This document shows positions 12,194 through 24,699 of a DNA stretch of 64,000 nucleotides, piece by piece. A program made the position numbers and the translations under genes. Numbering within the stretch: position 1 is the first letter of the stretch; every line of letters starts with the position of its first letter. Under the pieces are notes generated by a model, which was not told where the DNA came from, searched no databases, and was given only the letters and a program-made list of their open reading frames with translations. Origin of the DNA: Octopus sinensis (taxonomy: Eukaryota); NCBI RefSeq assembly GCF_006345805.1, contig NC_042999.1, positions 310,001-374,000 on the forward strand, written 5' to 3'.

Positions 12194-12650
12194 TTGAGTG
12201 AGAGAGCAGTGCATGCCATCAAAGTGACACTGGGGTACAAATATATGAAGCCCAGTATACCCATCATGACTACCCGTCTGATAAGGGTACACCAGGCACA
12301 TGCATCACAACCATATGTGCGCGACATGGTGATCTCATATCAAGGTAAACAGCACATGACCTTGCAGGTGGGGCCCAGTTAGAATTTTCTTCAGGTCGAG
12401 TAGCCCATCCCGCTCAAAAGGTCCCTGAATAAGGGTTGTTTAAGGATGTTGAAAGAACCACCCATGTTTTCAGAGGTGAATTATTCAAACCCCAAAGAAT
12501 CCCTCTCAACACATGGCTATGATGCTCCCCCACTACTTCTGCTCGTGATCAGAGATGTACATATCGTCAGCCACTAAGGAACATGCTCAACTGGTTAAGG
12601 TCAAACAACTGACAAGCAAATCTGTGGTATTGAGCAGAATATTATTATTA
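12194..12650 (-). mobile_element. Family D element inserted in a (TTA)n tract
   Basis: About 460 bp with ATT repeats on both sides; homologous to 10358-10790 and 26705-27050. Confidence 0.85.
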
Positions 12651-12901
12651 TTATTATTATTTTGGTTTTAGACATAATGACTCCCAATTGTCTCTCATCT
12701 GGAAATGTCTGGTACTCTTCTCTCATCTGTTTGAAAATCAACAATGTGTATTATTGTTTCCCTTTTAGGATAAGCACCGGGTTAATTTGTGTACAACTCT
12801 GCTTTAACAGTGCCTTGAAGTTCAACACTTCAGATGATGTGAAACGTTTTTCCGAGGTGTCTTGTGGTATTTTTGTCGTTCATCTGGACTCTGTCTCGTG
12901 A

Positions 12902-13217
12902 AGGCGCGTGGCTTAGTGGTTAGGTTTTTCGGCTCGCGATCGTAAGGTCGTGAGTTCAATTCCCGGCGACACGTTGTGTCCTTGAGCAAGACACTTTCTT
13001 TCACTTTGCTCCAATCGACCCAGCTTGAAAAAATGAGTAGTACCTGTATTTCAAAGGGCCAGCCTTGTCACACTCTGTGTCAAGCTGAATCTCCCTGAGA
13101 ACTATGTTAAGGATACACGTGTCTGTGGAATACTCAACCACTTGCGCGTTAATTTCACGAGCAAGCTGTTCCGTTGATAGTATCAGCTGGGACCCTCGTC
13201 GTCGTAACCGACGGAGT
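12902..13217 (+). mobile_element. tRNA-derived SINE family C, full length
   Basis: GGCGCGTGGCTTAGTGGTTAGG (A box)...GTGAGTTCAATTCCC (B box)...GTCCTTGAGCAAGACAC core...GTCGTAACCGACGGAGTG tail; collinear with 44116-44424. Confidence 0.9.
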
Positions 13218-13748
13218 GGTCCATCCATGGACTCTGTCCCACGTTCTTCCTTCTTCTCATCACGAAGACGATGGAGTGATGCTGCTTCTTATAGCATTGG
13301 ATCGATCCCCCTCTACTAGTAACATCGACGAAGAGCCGATTTTACATACTGGTGCTTCATCCATGCCCGTAATTGTTAGCCCTATTCCAAAAAGAGCTGC
13401 AGCAATAGCTATCGTTTTACACATGGAAATCCCTTTTTTCCTTGCCACTGTCTTTATATTTTTCGGGTGAAGAATATCAGAAAAAGAACTCAGTACTTGA
13501 GTGTAAATGAATATGATATTTCACCAATGAATTTTATTGGCAAGAATTACAATTATTAATATTCGTGAGCTCAATGATTATTAAATTTAATTCACGAGAA
13601 TTTATATATTAGCTGCCATCTTTAAGTTATATTATGATATATCCTTCAAGTTATCTTAACGCTTAATGCCATTGAGTAAAGCGAGTTTCTTAACTGTCAA
13701 CAGCAAATAGTTAACTTTCATTTAGAGTAAATGAATTTACACACGTAA

Positions 13749-14498
13749 TATTGGGTCATCCCATAAATAATGCGGTTTTTTCAATTGCCTGAACTAAAAG
13801 TTGGAGAGGGATGGGATAAACTGCCTGCATCAACTTGCTATAAAAGCAGGAAGTAATTTTACCTTTTCCTCATTCTTAGTGGAGATTTTGAAGAGAGCAG
13901 TTCACTTTTAACTGTTATTTTGTAAAGTTATAATGGATGTCATGAGAATATATTCGGCATATTTTGCTTTATGAGTTCAATAAAGTTAACAACGCAGCAG
14001 AAGGTGCGTCGAACAAAATCCCATCGGAACTGTTGAGGAACGAGCCGAGAGCTTGTATTTGCTCATTCAAACAGACATTCATGTCAACGCTAGACGAAAA
14101 CCGACTATATTTGGTTTCAAGACGAAAAGTGTTCTTCCATTAGGATAATGCTTGGCCACATACAGCGAGGATGGCATTCCAAAGGTTGGAGCAGTTTGAA
14201 TGGGAAACCATGCCCCACCCGCCACATTCGCCGACACTGCCCCATCTGGCTATCATTTATGCGGCAGTCTTCAAAAAATATGAATTCTGTACACGAGGTC
14301 AGAAGAGTACTGGAGGAGTATTTTTCATTACGGACAAGTGAATTTTGGAAGAGGTACCTTGCAATTCTACCAGGTAGATGGAAGAGCATTGTAGAAAATA
14401 AAGGAGAGTATAGTCTAGATTAAAAAAGAATTTATCTCAATTTTGAAAAATAAAATAAGAATAAAATAAAACCGCATCATTTACAGGATCACCCATTA
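13749..14498 (+). mobile_element. Internally deleted mariner transposon
   Basis: TIRs TATTGGGTCATCCCATAAATAATGCGGTTTT and AAAACCGCATCATTTACAGGATCACCCATTA with TA ends. N-terminal remnant HILLYEFNK; C-terminal remnants DNAWPHTAR, WETMPHPPHSP and KNMNSVHEVRRVLEEYFS...GEYSLD*. Confidence 0.9.
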
Positions 14499-15090
14499 CA
14501 TGCGCAATCACACACACGTACTCACACACACACACACGCACACGCAAGTGTGTATATGTCAGTGTGATTTTAGTGACTTTTACGTTACAACAAACCTTAC
14601 AAAGATGTTGTATCGGAACAGGAAAGTTGTATATGAGAGAAATTAGTGAAAGTAGATCTTTAAATGACAATAACTATACACGCAAGATCGTCTAAGGCTA
14701 ATATACTGAGTGTAAATAAAAGATTTCTAAGGCAAACGTCCTCAGTGTAAACACAACTGAATTATTTGGAGATTTAATATAAGCGCAGACTCTGCTGGAA
14801 GGCAGTAACGAGTAAAGGAAATGGTCATTGATACTAAACAATTGGTCATAAATTATATCTGGAAACGTCAAATAATTTCAGACTTAATGTCGCTAATCTT
14901 GTAACTGAAATGTAATCAAAGAGGTTGTATTTCATGGTAGATTAAATCGTGGTATCGTTGCAAAGTTTTGAATTTCGGTTGGTACCTAGAACTAATCCAT
15001 TTGAATACCATACCAGAATTCAGAAGGAATTTGTGGAAGCGGCGACTTACTCCAAAATATTCTGAGTGAAAATATATATAATTACTTTAG

Positions 15091-15167
15091 GCTTTAATCA
15101 TGAGAAGAATTTCTGAATCCTCGGGTAAATTCTGTGGAGAGCCTTCCTTCTCTGATGTTGTATTAAG
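15091..15167 (+). CDS. Candidate exon (phase 0 to 2, or initiating exon), unknown protein
   Basis: TACTTTAG| acceptor and AAG|GTATGG donor; frame ALIMRRISESSGKFCGEPSFSDVVL. Confidence 0.3.
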
Positions 15168-16579
15168 GTATGGTTCACTTATTTCATTTATCCTTTGACC
15201 CCATCCTTTCATTGGTATGTTGTGTGCATGTCTGTAAATAAATCAAAGATGGACGTTCACATTATCACGCGATTCCCTTCGAAAATATTGATAAATATAG
15301 TTATTATCAATACTATTAGTAATTCATTTGGAGGAAAACCTGATAGTAACGAATACAATATCTTTTAATGCTATATCAATACATATACAGATGTGTACAC
15401 AAACTCACATATACACATTTGTCTACGTATTAATGGAATCAACAATACAATACAAATACTCAATACATAATGGAGAATGAAGCATTGCACAGTAGCAGTT
15501 GTAGATAATTTATTGTCCTCATGGATATATAACTTAAACAATCTACTATATCATCGGAGACAGGTAAATATATCATAAGCCTGGAGACCTCTTTACCGAA
15601 TGTGTATCAGTGAGTTCTACCTCGTTACTTTATAACTTTAGGAGAATATTTATCTTAATAATCGAATCAATGTGCCATAATTTACAATGCTGGACTTTAT
15701 TATTTCAAGTTGATTCAGTGGCTGCAAAATAGCTGAGAAATTATACAAGACACTGGAGAGATAAGGTTGTTTAATAGCTCACCTAAGACCACATAAACAT
15801 TGATAGAAAATTCGAGACACTCAGGGACAAGAAATTTAATAGCTCTAAATATGTAACGAGGCAACTGATACAGTTATCAGAGGAAAACAACAAGAACAAT
15901 TATGTAAATTTTGTAAGAAACGTTTGCTGCCCAAACTGATATCATGAAAAATTAATTTAATTTATATCTATTTATTTTCCCTTCTCGTACAACATGATCA
16001 AATCAAACTAAAACGATTGAAATCGGTAGCATATATTCATGAAAGTGTAAATATTTTATTTTTGGTATTGATAAATTTTTATACACACATATGTGTGTAT
16101 GTGTGTGTGTATGTGTGTGTATGTGTGTATGCATGCGCGTGTGTGCGTGTGTGTATGTGTCTGTGCGTATGTATGTGTGTGTTTGTGTGTACGCGTGTGC
16201 GAAGTGTGTGCGCGTGTGTAATAGTCGAGGAACTATTAGTGCTCAAGAGAAACAGACAAGAGAAGATGGGAGATTGGCATATAGGAGGGTGAATAGGAAA
16301 CCAAAGGAGACTTTAAAGAATCATTTGTAAAAACGAACTTCAGGTAAGAATTGAATGCCTTGTTTCAAGGTATGTGTTGTTATTGTTGTGTAGCGCCAAT
16401 ACAGAACTTTCCTGTCAGATCTCTGAGAATGAGCGATCCAGTCGAGGTTATCCCTCTATTAGCGTATATATATATATATATATAAATGAAAGAATGGAGT
16501 CGAACGAAGATGTTAACAAAATTTTCCATGCTGACGATAAACATAGGATAATTCATTCACCTACGTAAATAAATATTAT

Positions 16580-16636
<57 letters not shown>

Positions 16637-16669
16637 ATATGTATGTATGTATATATCTATGTGTGTGTC

Positions 16670-16800
16670 TTTGTGTTTGACAACCGGTGTTTGGTTTATT
16701 TGCATCTTCGTTACGTAGAGGTTCGGCAAAAGAGCCCTAATGAAAAAAGAACCAGCATGGCCGCAGTCCTTTAAACTGAAAGAAGTAAAAGATAAAAGAA
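16670..16800 (+). mobile_element. Degenerate SINE family A 3' fragment
   Basis: TTGACAACCGGTG...GGTTCGGCAAAAGAG...CAGCATGGCCGCAGTC. Confidence 0.6.
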
Positions 16801-17058
16801 ATATATATTATATTCTATCCTATTATTTATATATATGTTTATATGTTTATATATTTAAATGTACATATGTGTATATCTATCTATATGTATGCATATATGT
16901 TTTATATATAGATAAATACACACATCCATATGCACATAGACACATACGCACACATATATATATGATTATATGAGTAAGTTACAAATTTTAAGACCAGTAA
17001 CGAAGTCCCTATCCTTTATTACTCGTTATGTTAGAAATATCAATCACATCTCCTTAAG

Positions 17059-17222
17059 ATGAGCCAGGGCAAGGCAATGCAGATTTAAGAAATAGAAGAT
17101 CTGTAGCAGCAAGAACAATCGAATCAACGGGAAACACATCACTGAGGCTTAAAAAAAACACGAGCAAGAAGGTGGAACAAACAGGTAGACATAAAGATCC
17201 TGTAAACAACAGTGATGATTGA
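17059..17222 (+). CDS. Candidate terminal coding exon (phase 1), unknown protein
   Basis: CTCCTTAAG| (weak AAG acceptor), then the purine-rich frame (x)EPGQGNADLRNRRSVAARTIESTGNTSLRLKKNTSKKVEQTGRHKDPVNNSDD*. The antisense frame is also open (track ORF 17054-17356). Confidence 0.28.
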
Positions 17223-17736
17223 ATCGTTGGGTTTTCCCCTTTGCTGCAATGATGTTGGAAACAGACCACTTTGAGTAAGAAAAACAGAGATAAGAAAGAA
17301 AAAATAAAAAGAAGGGAGTTGAAAGTAAAGAAAGCTGGGAGAAAGAGAACAATCATAAAGTAAGGGAGACCGAGATAGAAGTAGTAAAAATGAAAGATAC
17401 CTGCTACTAAAGCGAATCTATCGCCTTGATAATTGTGTTTTTTTTAATCTGACGAATCCGACGCCATCATTTGGTGTACTATACATATATATATATATAT
17501 ATACGCAGTAATGAATTGACACCTGTATACCTTTGTTATTTCTTTGTATTCTATATACATATATATGTATATACATGCATTCATGCATAAGTACATACAT
17601 ATATATGAGCGTATGTGTGTGTATGCATGTATATGAATATATGTATCTGTTTATGTACCTACACATATACACTTATATATATATGTATGCATATGTACAT
17701 ATATGTGTGTGTGTGTGCATATATATATATTCATTG

Positions 17737-17769
<33 letters not shown>

Positions 17770-18105
17770 AATAAGTATAATGTAATGAAATGATTGTGTG
17801 CAGGGATACGTTGGTGTTTTCTGACGCTACAGCAAAAGGCGTTGTGGGGATAATCTGGCATCGGTAAATAAAATGTATTGATAGATCGTGGGGAAAAAAA
17901 AGGAAAAAACACAAATATTTTCGTGTAGGAAATGATTTAACAAGTATACATCTTAAAATGCGTAGCTGGAATATATTTCAGAGATGGAGAAAGAAAAGTG
18001 GGAAAAATAAGCTACGTAAATGAAAATACGGCTTTGTTTATAAAACAACTCGACCTTTATTGCTAGTTCATAGAAAAGAAGGAATTTATCAGAAAGAATA
18101 ACAAC

Positions 18106-18149
<44 letters not shown>

Positions 18150-18150
<1 letters not shown>

Positions 18151-18477
18151 CTTTACAAAATTACAAGGCCAGAAATTTTGGGAAATGTGACTAACTGGTA
18201 CTTATTTTGAACTCCAACTCAGAACATAGCGACGGACAAAATACCTATTTCTTTACTACCCACAAGGGGCTAAACACAGAGAGGACAAACAAGGACAGAC
18301 AAACGGACTAAGTCGATAATATCGATCCCAGTGCGCAACTGGTACTTATTTAATCGACCCCGAAAAGACGAAAGGCAAAGTCCATCTCGACGCAATTTGA
18401 TCTCGGAACGTAGCGGCAGACGAAATACCGCTAAGCATTTCGTCCAGCGCACCAACGATTCTGCCAGCTCGTTGCCT
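18150..18477 (-). mobile_element. SINE family B (head, body with tail A, deleted second unit)
   Basis: Family B unit sequence; its head abuts the truncated 5' end of the R4-like LINE. Confidence 0.85.
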
Positions 18478-19140
18478 TGCAGAATATGTGGAGATGGACA
18501 AGAAACAATAAATCATATTATCTCTAGCTTCCCAGTCCTGGCTAAGAAGGAATATATTCACAGACATGACAGAGTTGGAACCTACATACATTGGAAGCTA
18601 TGCCAACATTATGGAATAACAACAGAAAAAAGATGGTATAGGCACACACCAGAAAAGGTCACAGAAAACGAGAAAGCAACCATACACTGGGATATGCCGA
18701 TACACACAGATAGAGAAATTAAGGCCAATAGACCAGATATAGTTGTCAGAGATCATGAAGAAAAAAATGCTTTCTAATTGATGTATCAATACCGGCAGAT
18801 GACAACGTGTCTCTAAAAGAAATGGAGAAACTCTCAAAATACAAAGACCTGAAAATAGAGGTAACCAGAATGTGGAATCTAAAAACAGAAACAGTTCCTA
18901 TCATAGTAGGTCCATTAGGCATGATAAAAAAATATTCAGACAAATACATAACAAAAACACCAGGACTTACAAACACATATAACATACAGAAAGTTGCACT
19001 ACTAGGCACTGCACACATCCTACGCAGAACACTTTCCATTCAATAACCATCAGAGCATCACAACAAATCACAGCACATACCTAAGGCACACAGAGCTGCG
19101 CTCGGTAGTGAAGTGAAAGCACGCTATAAAAATAAAACTA

Positions 19141-19145
<5 letters not shown>
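18478..19145 (+). mobile_element. 5'-truncated R4/Dong-clade non-LTR retrotransposon (CCHC + RLE + 3' UTR) ending in (TAA)n
   Basis: CRICGDGQETINHIISS...EYIHRHDRV, WDMPIHTDREIKANRPDIVV, (frameshift) IDVSIP, KLSKYKDLKIE, VPIIVGPLG, QKVALLGTAHILRRTL*; short UTR running into (TAA)n, the established Dong target. Confidence 0.9.
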
Positions 19146-19220
<75 letters not shown>

Positions 19221-19225
19221 CAATA
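19145..19225. repeat. (TAA)n tract between two convergent R4-like elements
   Basis: Directly visible. Confidence 0.95.
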
Positions 19226-20278
19226 ATGTCCTAGCTACAACGTCATGTCACATCGGTAAGATAATACTGTGATGTCATTTTCGGATAATTGCTTATGAGG
19301 TGGCTGATATCTTGAGCGTGGACTCCACAAAGCCTGCGTCGGTTGTCACATTTTACGGCTTTTCTCTCTATCCCTTTTGTGCATCAAGTACCTGGTTGAT
19401 ATTACCTGTTCCAGGATTGCAAAGTGGTAGGTAGTAATCCGGCTGTTGGTCCATGATAAACTGCTTTGATGATCGATGTTACTATCATGACGGAGCTTTC
19501 TACTAACATATCCATGAATAGTCTTCTGCTCATATAGGCTGATCCTTTCATCGGGTGATACAAAGCGACTTCTTTGGGCATGCATTCTAGGTTATAGGAC
19601 AAAGAGTGTTGCTTAAGGAGCTGCGTTCCAAGTCTTATAATGTTATCAGCATCACGTATGCAAACTTGGTCAAGGAACGCTCTTCGATATTTGGTGGTTA
19701 AAAGATGTTGCCGAAGGGCTATAATGCGACATTCAAAGGCATTTTGGGCCTCTGCCGCCTTGTTTTCGTTTTAGGTAGGGGTTTACGTTACTGTTTATAT
19801 GGAAACTATGTGTACTTGTTAGTATTTTTCGGGTTTTCATATCAATGGCTTCGATCTCATCAAGCGTCCAATCAAGCAGCCCAAATTTTGGTATAAGTAC
19901 TGGCACTGCAAACACATTGTGGGTCACTGTTTTATTGAATGCAGAAAGTTCTGAGGTCCAAATTTTCTTTATTCGGGTGTAATATTTTTTAGTGACACGT
20001 ATTTTGTTACAGGTGCCATTGTAAGATATGTTTTCATCCACCCCTAGATACCTCATCAGATACAGGGGAACATTCCTCATCAGATACAGGCGAAACAGTC
20101 AAATCATTGATGTTCCTAGTCTGGTTTATAGTTTTCCCCCTTTTCTCAACCATATAAAAACATTTATCCTGACCAAACTCCAATCCTACATCCTTTGAGA
20201 ATGTTGTAACTGGGGTAAGGCTCTTTTTCATCTCATGCATATTCGTTGCACTAAGTTTTAAGTCATCCACAAAGAAAC
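19226..20278 (-). mobile_element. Decayed R4/Dong-clade LINE fragment (RT motif C to zinc knuckle)
   Basis: Minus strand encodes FVDDLKL, VGLEFGQDKC, YLGVDEN, KTVTHNVFAVPVL, EAIDMKTRKILT, YLKRKQGGRG, IHGYV and a degenerate RLCG...HLIS, with several stops and frameshifts. Confidence 0.85.
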
Positions 20279-20280
20279 GG

Positions 20281-20345
20281 TGTATGTATGTATGTATGTA
20301 TGTATGTATGTATGTATGTATGTATGTATGTATGTATGTATGTAC
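20281..20345. repeat. (TATG)n microsatellite
   Basis: Directly visible. Confidence 0.95.
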
Positions 20346-20708
20346 GTACGTACGTAAATATACATATATATATATATATGTATAGGTTTATGAAATATTT
20401 TTCCAAAATTCCTGATCTGAAATCGTGTATTGAAACTGATATTATATTTCGAGATGGTGTTTCTTTTTTGCGTGTATTTATTTGGCAGGAAAAAATGAAC
20501 ATCTCGAAATATAACTATATATATATATATATATGAACGCATGTGTATGATTTCAATCTTTGTAGGTGCGCAGGCATATACGATAGTAGGGTGTGACTGA
20601 AAATTACTGGCTTTAAGGTTATCGCGAAAGGCCTAGCTGGAGGCTTAACCATCCGAGTTCTTTTATACGGCTTAGAAAGAACTGAAGGGGCGTGAATCTC
20701 TGAGGTGA

Positions 20709-20905
20709 CCGGTAATTAAGTCGCAGTAATAAAGTCACAATTTTGGCTAGGAAAAAAGGTCACAGGAACAAAAGTGACAATTAATTTATGGGATCCGGAC
20801 AAAAATCTCCAAGGAAAAAAACCCTCAGATAAAACCCCCTGGACAAAATCCCTGTGATTTTATTACCATACCTTATTTTTTCCGTGACATTTTTTTTTAC
20901 CTGGA
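20709..20905. mobile_element. Probable non-autonomous DNA transposon remnant with subterminal motif repeats
   Basis: Repeated GGA(A/C)AAAA(A/G)GT(C/G)AC and GGACAAAATCCC motifs on the left; inverted GTGACATTTTTTTTTACC and GTGATTTTATTACC on the right. Confidence 0.4.
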
Positions 20906-21356
20906 TTCGAATCTGAGAGGGGAATATGTTGAAAAAACCCATAATCAACTGATCTTCCTGTATTTCTTTTTACTCCAAGCCAGGAACTTTCAATACACCT
21001 TCGCATACCTCTACTAGAGCAATGCTCAACTATAGTAACCTAGTGTGTGTGTGTGTGTGTGTATGCGTGTATGTGTGTGTGTGTCAGTGTTTATAGCCCA
21101 CTATATACCTGTATTTTAATCATCATATGTAAAAATTAAACAAAATCTTTCTGTCCCATTAAGCAGAAAATAAACTGTTTTTTCCTTCAGACTTTTATAA
21201 TTTTTTACTAATATTTGATAGGATGAGATTCATCATCGAAACCGGTAATATTCTATATTTTCCCTGTATAATTTTTAAGTGATTTTATTACATTCTTTCT
21301 AAATTGAAATGTCTCAGATTTACTTCTGTACTATTTCGACCACCACCAGTTTATTA

Positions 21357-21391
<35 letters not shown>

Positions 21392-21516
21392 ATATATATT
21401 ATATATATACATATATACATACATACAAAAACAATTTAGATTCAAATAAATATGGTACTTAACTTAGATGCACCAGAATTTTTTATGGCATTACCCATAA
21501 AATTATGTGGGGTGAT

Positions 21517-21864
21517 TATAACCAAAAAATAAGCAACAAGAATGGATCAGTAGTTTAGTACAATTGTTTCATACTATAACAATTTATTAAAGCTGCAAAT
21601 ATTACAGCAAATATAATGTTAAGTAATCTTCAGCTAATTTCATATAGGTTTTACAAACATCTTAGATAGTGTAAATATACTTATAAAGTTATAGATGTGA
21701 GCCCCAGGAACTTGAAGCAAGATTCCAAGCAGACCATATATTCTTACCAACAATACAAAGTTCTCAAATTAATTGGTGTCATCCCAGAGAAGGTAAATAT
21801 ACTCATAAAGATGTGGATATAAATTTTAGGCTGATCCATTCTTGTTGCTTATTTTTTGGTTATA
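21517..21864. mobile_element. MITE with perfect 34-bp TIR and TA ends
   Basis: TATAACCAAAAAATAAGCAACAAGAATGGATCAG (21517-21550) is the exact reverse complement of 21831-21864. Confidence 0.85.
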
Positions 21865-21865
21865 T

Positions 21866-21910
<45 letters not shown>

Positions 21911-22002
21911 TATATATATTATATATAATATATACTATATATATATATATAATATTATACATATATACATATATATTATATATACTATATATATCTAACA
22001 TA

Positions 22003-22053
<51 letters not shown>

Positions 22054-22097
22054 ATATCTATCTATCTATCTATCTATCTATATATATATATATATAT
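21865..22097. repeat. (TA)n/(TATC)n microsatellite
   Basis: Directly visible. Confidence 0.95.
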
Positions 22098-22624
22098 AAA
22101 GATCTTCCTGTCTGCATGCCAATTTCTTTGTTCTTTTGTCCATCTAGCTATTTATCTATTAATGTATTTATTTCTTTTTGTATTGAAATTGATACACATG
22201 CAGCATTTCGAATATGTGCATCATTAGCACTTTGGTGTGATGCACCCAAAACTGCATACTTTTATATTGCAGAACTTGACGGAGGATAACTAAAAAGATG
22301 CAGAACGAAAATTAAAAAAAAACAGAATCTGCTGCAAAAACTGAAAGAAAAATAAACGCAACAAAGAAAGAAGGAATGACAAAAAAAAAAACTAAAACAA
22401 AAAACAAAAAACAACTCAGTACCAATGACATCTAACAGCACAATGCTTACAAAAACATATGAATAACTAAATATCAGTTACGCTGAGCTGGTTTTGAAAT
22501 CAGCCAAGTGTAAATTCTAAAAGAACTCAAACGATTTACGTCTTCCTACGTTTTGTTATTTTTCTTTTATTTGGTTTTAGCTTCTTCATATATTGCTGTC
22601 TTTTTTTTATATATATTTCAGTAG

Positions 22625-22674
<50 letters not shown>

Positions 22675-22905
22675 ATATGTGACATATACGCACGATCATC
22701 GCTTATATATATGTGTGTATGTGCGTGTGTAAACTGTTTTTGCGTGTGTGTATGTGTGTGTGTGTGATTTTCATGTTCATTGTTGGTTCCTTTCTTTCTT
22801 TCTTACTCTCTCTTGTTTCTTTTTTATTTTCTTGTTTCTTTTTTATTTGATACCTCGCACACATAATCATGCAAATAAATCGATCAATTTTTCATAGATT
22901 GTTAT

Positions 22906-22982
22906 TTAAACGTTGTGAATCTCCGTTGTATGTTTATCACCGGATGTTTTCTTAATGGATCCTTTGTGCTTTGCCGATATTA
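22906..22982 (-). CDS. Candidate terminal coding exon (phase 1), unknown protein
   Basis: Very long T-rich tract ending TTTTTTGACTCCAG| on the minus strand, then (x)ISAKHKGSIKKTSGDKHTTEIHNV*. Confidence 0.33.
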
Positions 22983-23460
22983 CTGGAGTCAAAAAAGAAA
23001 AAAAAAAAAAAAAAAAAAAAACAGCCAAAAAACACGGATAAAAATAAAAAAAATAATAAAACTATCAACCAAAGCAAAAGGCAAAAAAAAAAATAAAACA
23101 CTAAAAAAAAAATTGGAAGAAGAAACGGAAAAAAAATATCACGACAGTGGCATCGATATAGGATTTCTTAGATTCACATCAAGATGGAAGGCTTTCGGCT
23201 GAATGACTGCATTTGTAGCTAGCTATCTGCTAATAGGTTTATCAACATCACGCGAACATCTGGTCGTCTGTCTTCTGCTTTCGGTATTTGAGAATCGTGA
23301 GTGTTTGCGTGTCTGTGTGTCTTCTTTGTATGTGTGTGTGTATGTGGTGCGTAGGCGTCGCTGTATGCGTGTAGATAACTATGTATGTATATCTGTATGG
23401 GTTTATGTATACAAGTGTTTATATATTCATACGGACATGCATAATGCTTTTTTGTTAGTG

Positions 23461-23496
<36 letters not shown>

Positions 23497-23579
23497 CAAT
23501 CATGTATTCATGTACGTATGAGTGCATGAATGTATGTGCATACATGCATGTATATATATATGTATATATATATATGTAT

Positions 23580-23612
<33 letters not shown>

Positions 23613-23715
23613 GTTTGTATGAATATATGTGTATACACACATATACCTTCATACATATATATATTTATACATGTATATGTGTATATATTAGTATATAAAC
23701 ATATACAACCAGCGC

Positions 23716-23752
<37 letters not shown>

Positions 23753-23812
23753 ATGTATAAATAAATATATATATATATGTACATGTGTGTTGTGTGTGTG
23801 TACATTTTACGC

Positions 23813-23854
<42 letters not shown>

Positions 23855-24699
23855 GGAGAGATAGAGGGAGAGATTGACAGAAAGATTAAGAAACCTGCAT
23901 ATTCATACATACACACACAGACACACACACACACACGTGTGCGTTTATTCATACATGCCCGCACACATTTTAATTTAATACGTTGGTTCATACGTCTGTG
24001 AATATCACTGAGATATGTAGGCATTTAAGTATATGATTTGGAATGCTAGCTGCTCTAGCAACGCATCCCTGCCTGTTCTTGTGTGTTTATTATATGAGAA
24101 AAAGCAAAGGAAAAATATTTCAATATAATAGAGCATAAAAACACTTTTAAAATATTCATAATCTTTAGAAATGTCCTATTTTCACGTATCAATGCTTTGA
24201 AAAACTCAGAGTGGTGTACATCAACGATGAAAATGTTTATTGTGTAACTTTTTCTTTTCATAACTTTAATATTTAATATTTTAAACATACTATTTACACA
24301 CGCAGACTTGTACATAGAGGTATAATATGATATAGGCATTCATAGGTATACAATTTATGAAGCATATTACATTTGTATTTCCTTGTGTGCTTAGATGTTT
24401 TATTCTATTTCAGCATTTAATATATATATATTATATATATATATATATATAGATATATATATATATATAGATATATATATATATATATATATATATCGTA
24501 TATCATATATAAATGTATATATATACATATATGTACTTGTAATTATATATTCATGTATGTGTATTTATGTATATATATATATATATATGATACGTATATG
24601 AATGTATGTATACATACATATATATATATATGTATAGTTTTGGTCTTGATATTAACTCTGACGCGCACTCTTCACCTTTCTGTCCCATCCTTATTCTTT

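Noticed and set aside
12902-12975. tRNA gene
   Set aside because: A/B boxes are present, but the sequence continues into a SINE body shared by other copies and no complete cloverleaf forms; the same holds for the other SINE heads.
15100-15167. BTB-domain protein start (FSDVVL)
   Set aside because: Six residues are insufficient and no downstream exon with the BTB HR/K-xVL motif was found.
20040-20095. Tandem CTGATGA motifs on the minus strand
   Set aside because: A 21-nt duplication within the R4-like RT coding sequence; no GAAA or helices.
20600-20700. Twister-like or other structured RNA
   Set aside because: One 8-bp hairpin (AGTTCTTT/AAAGAACT), but the conserved pseudoknot residues are absent.
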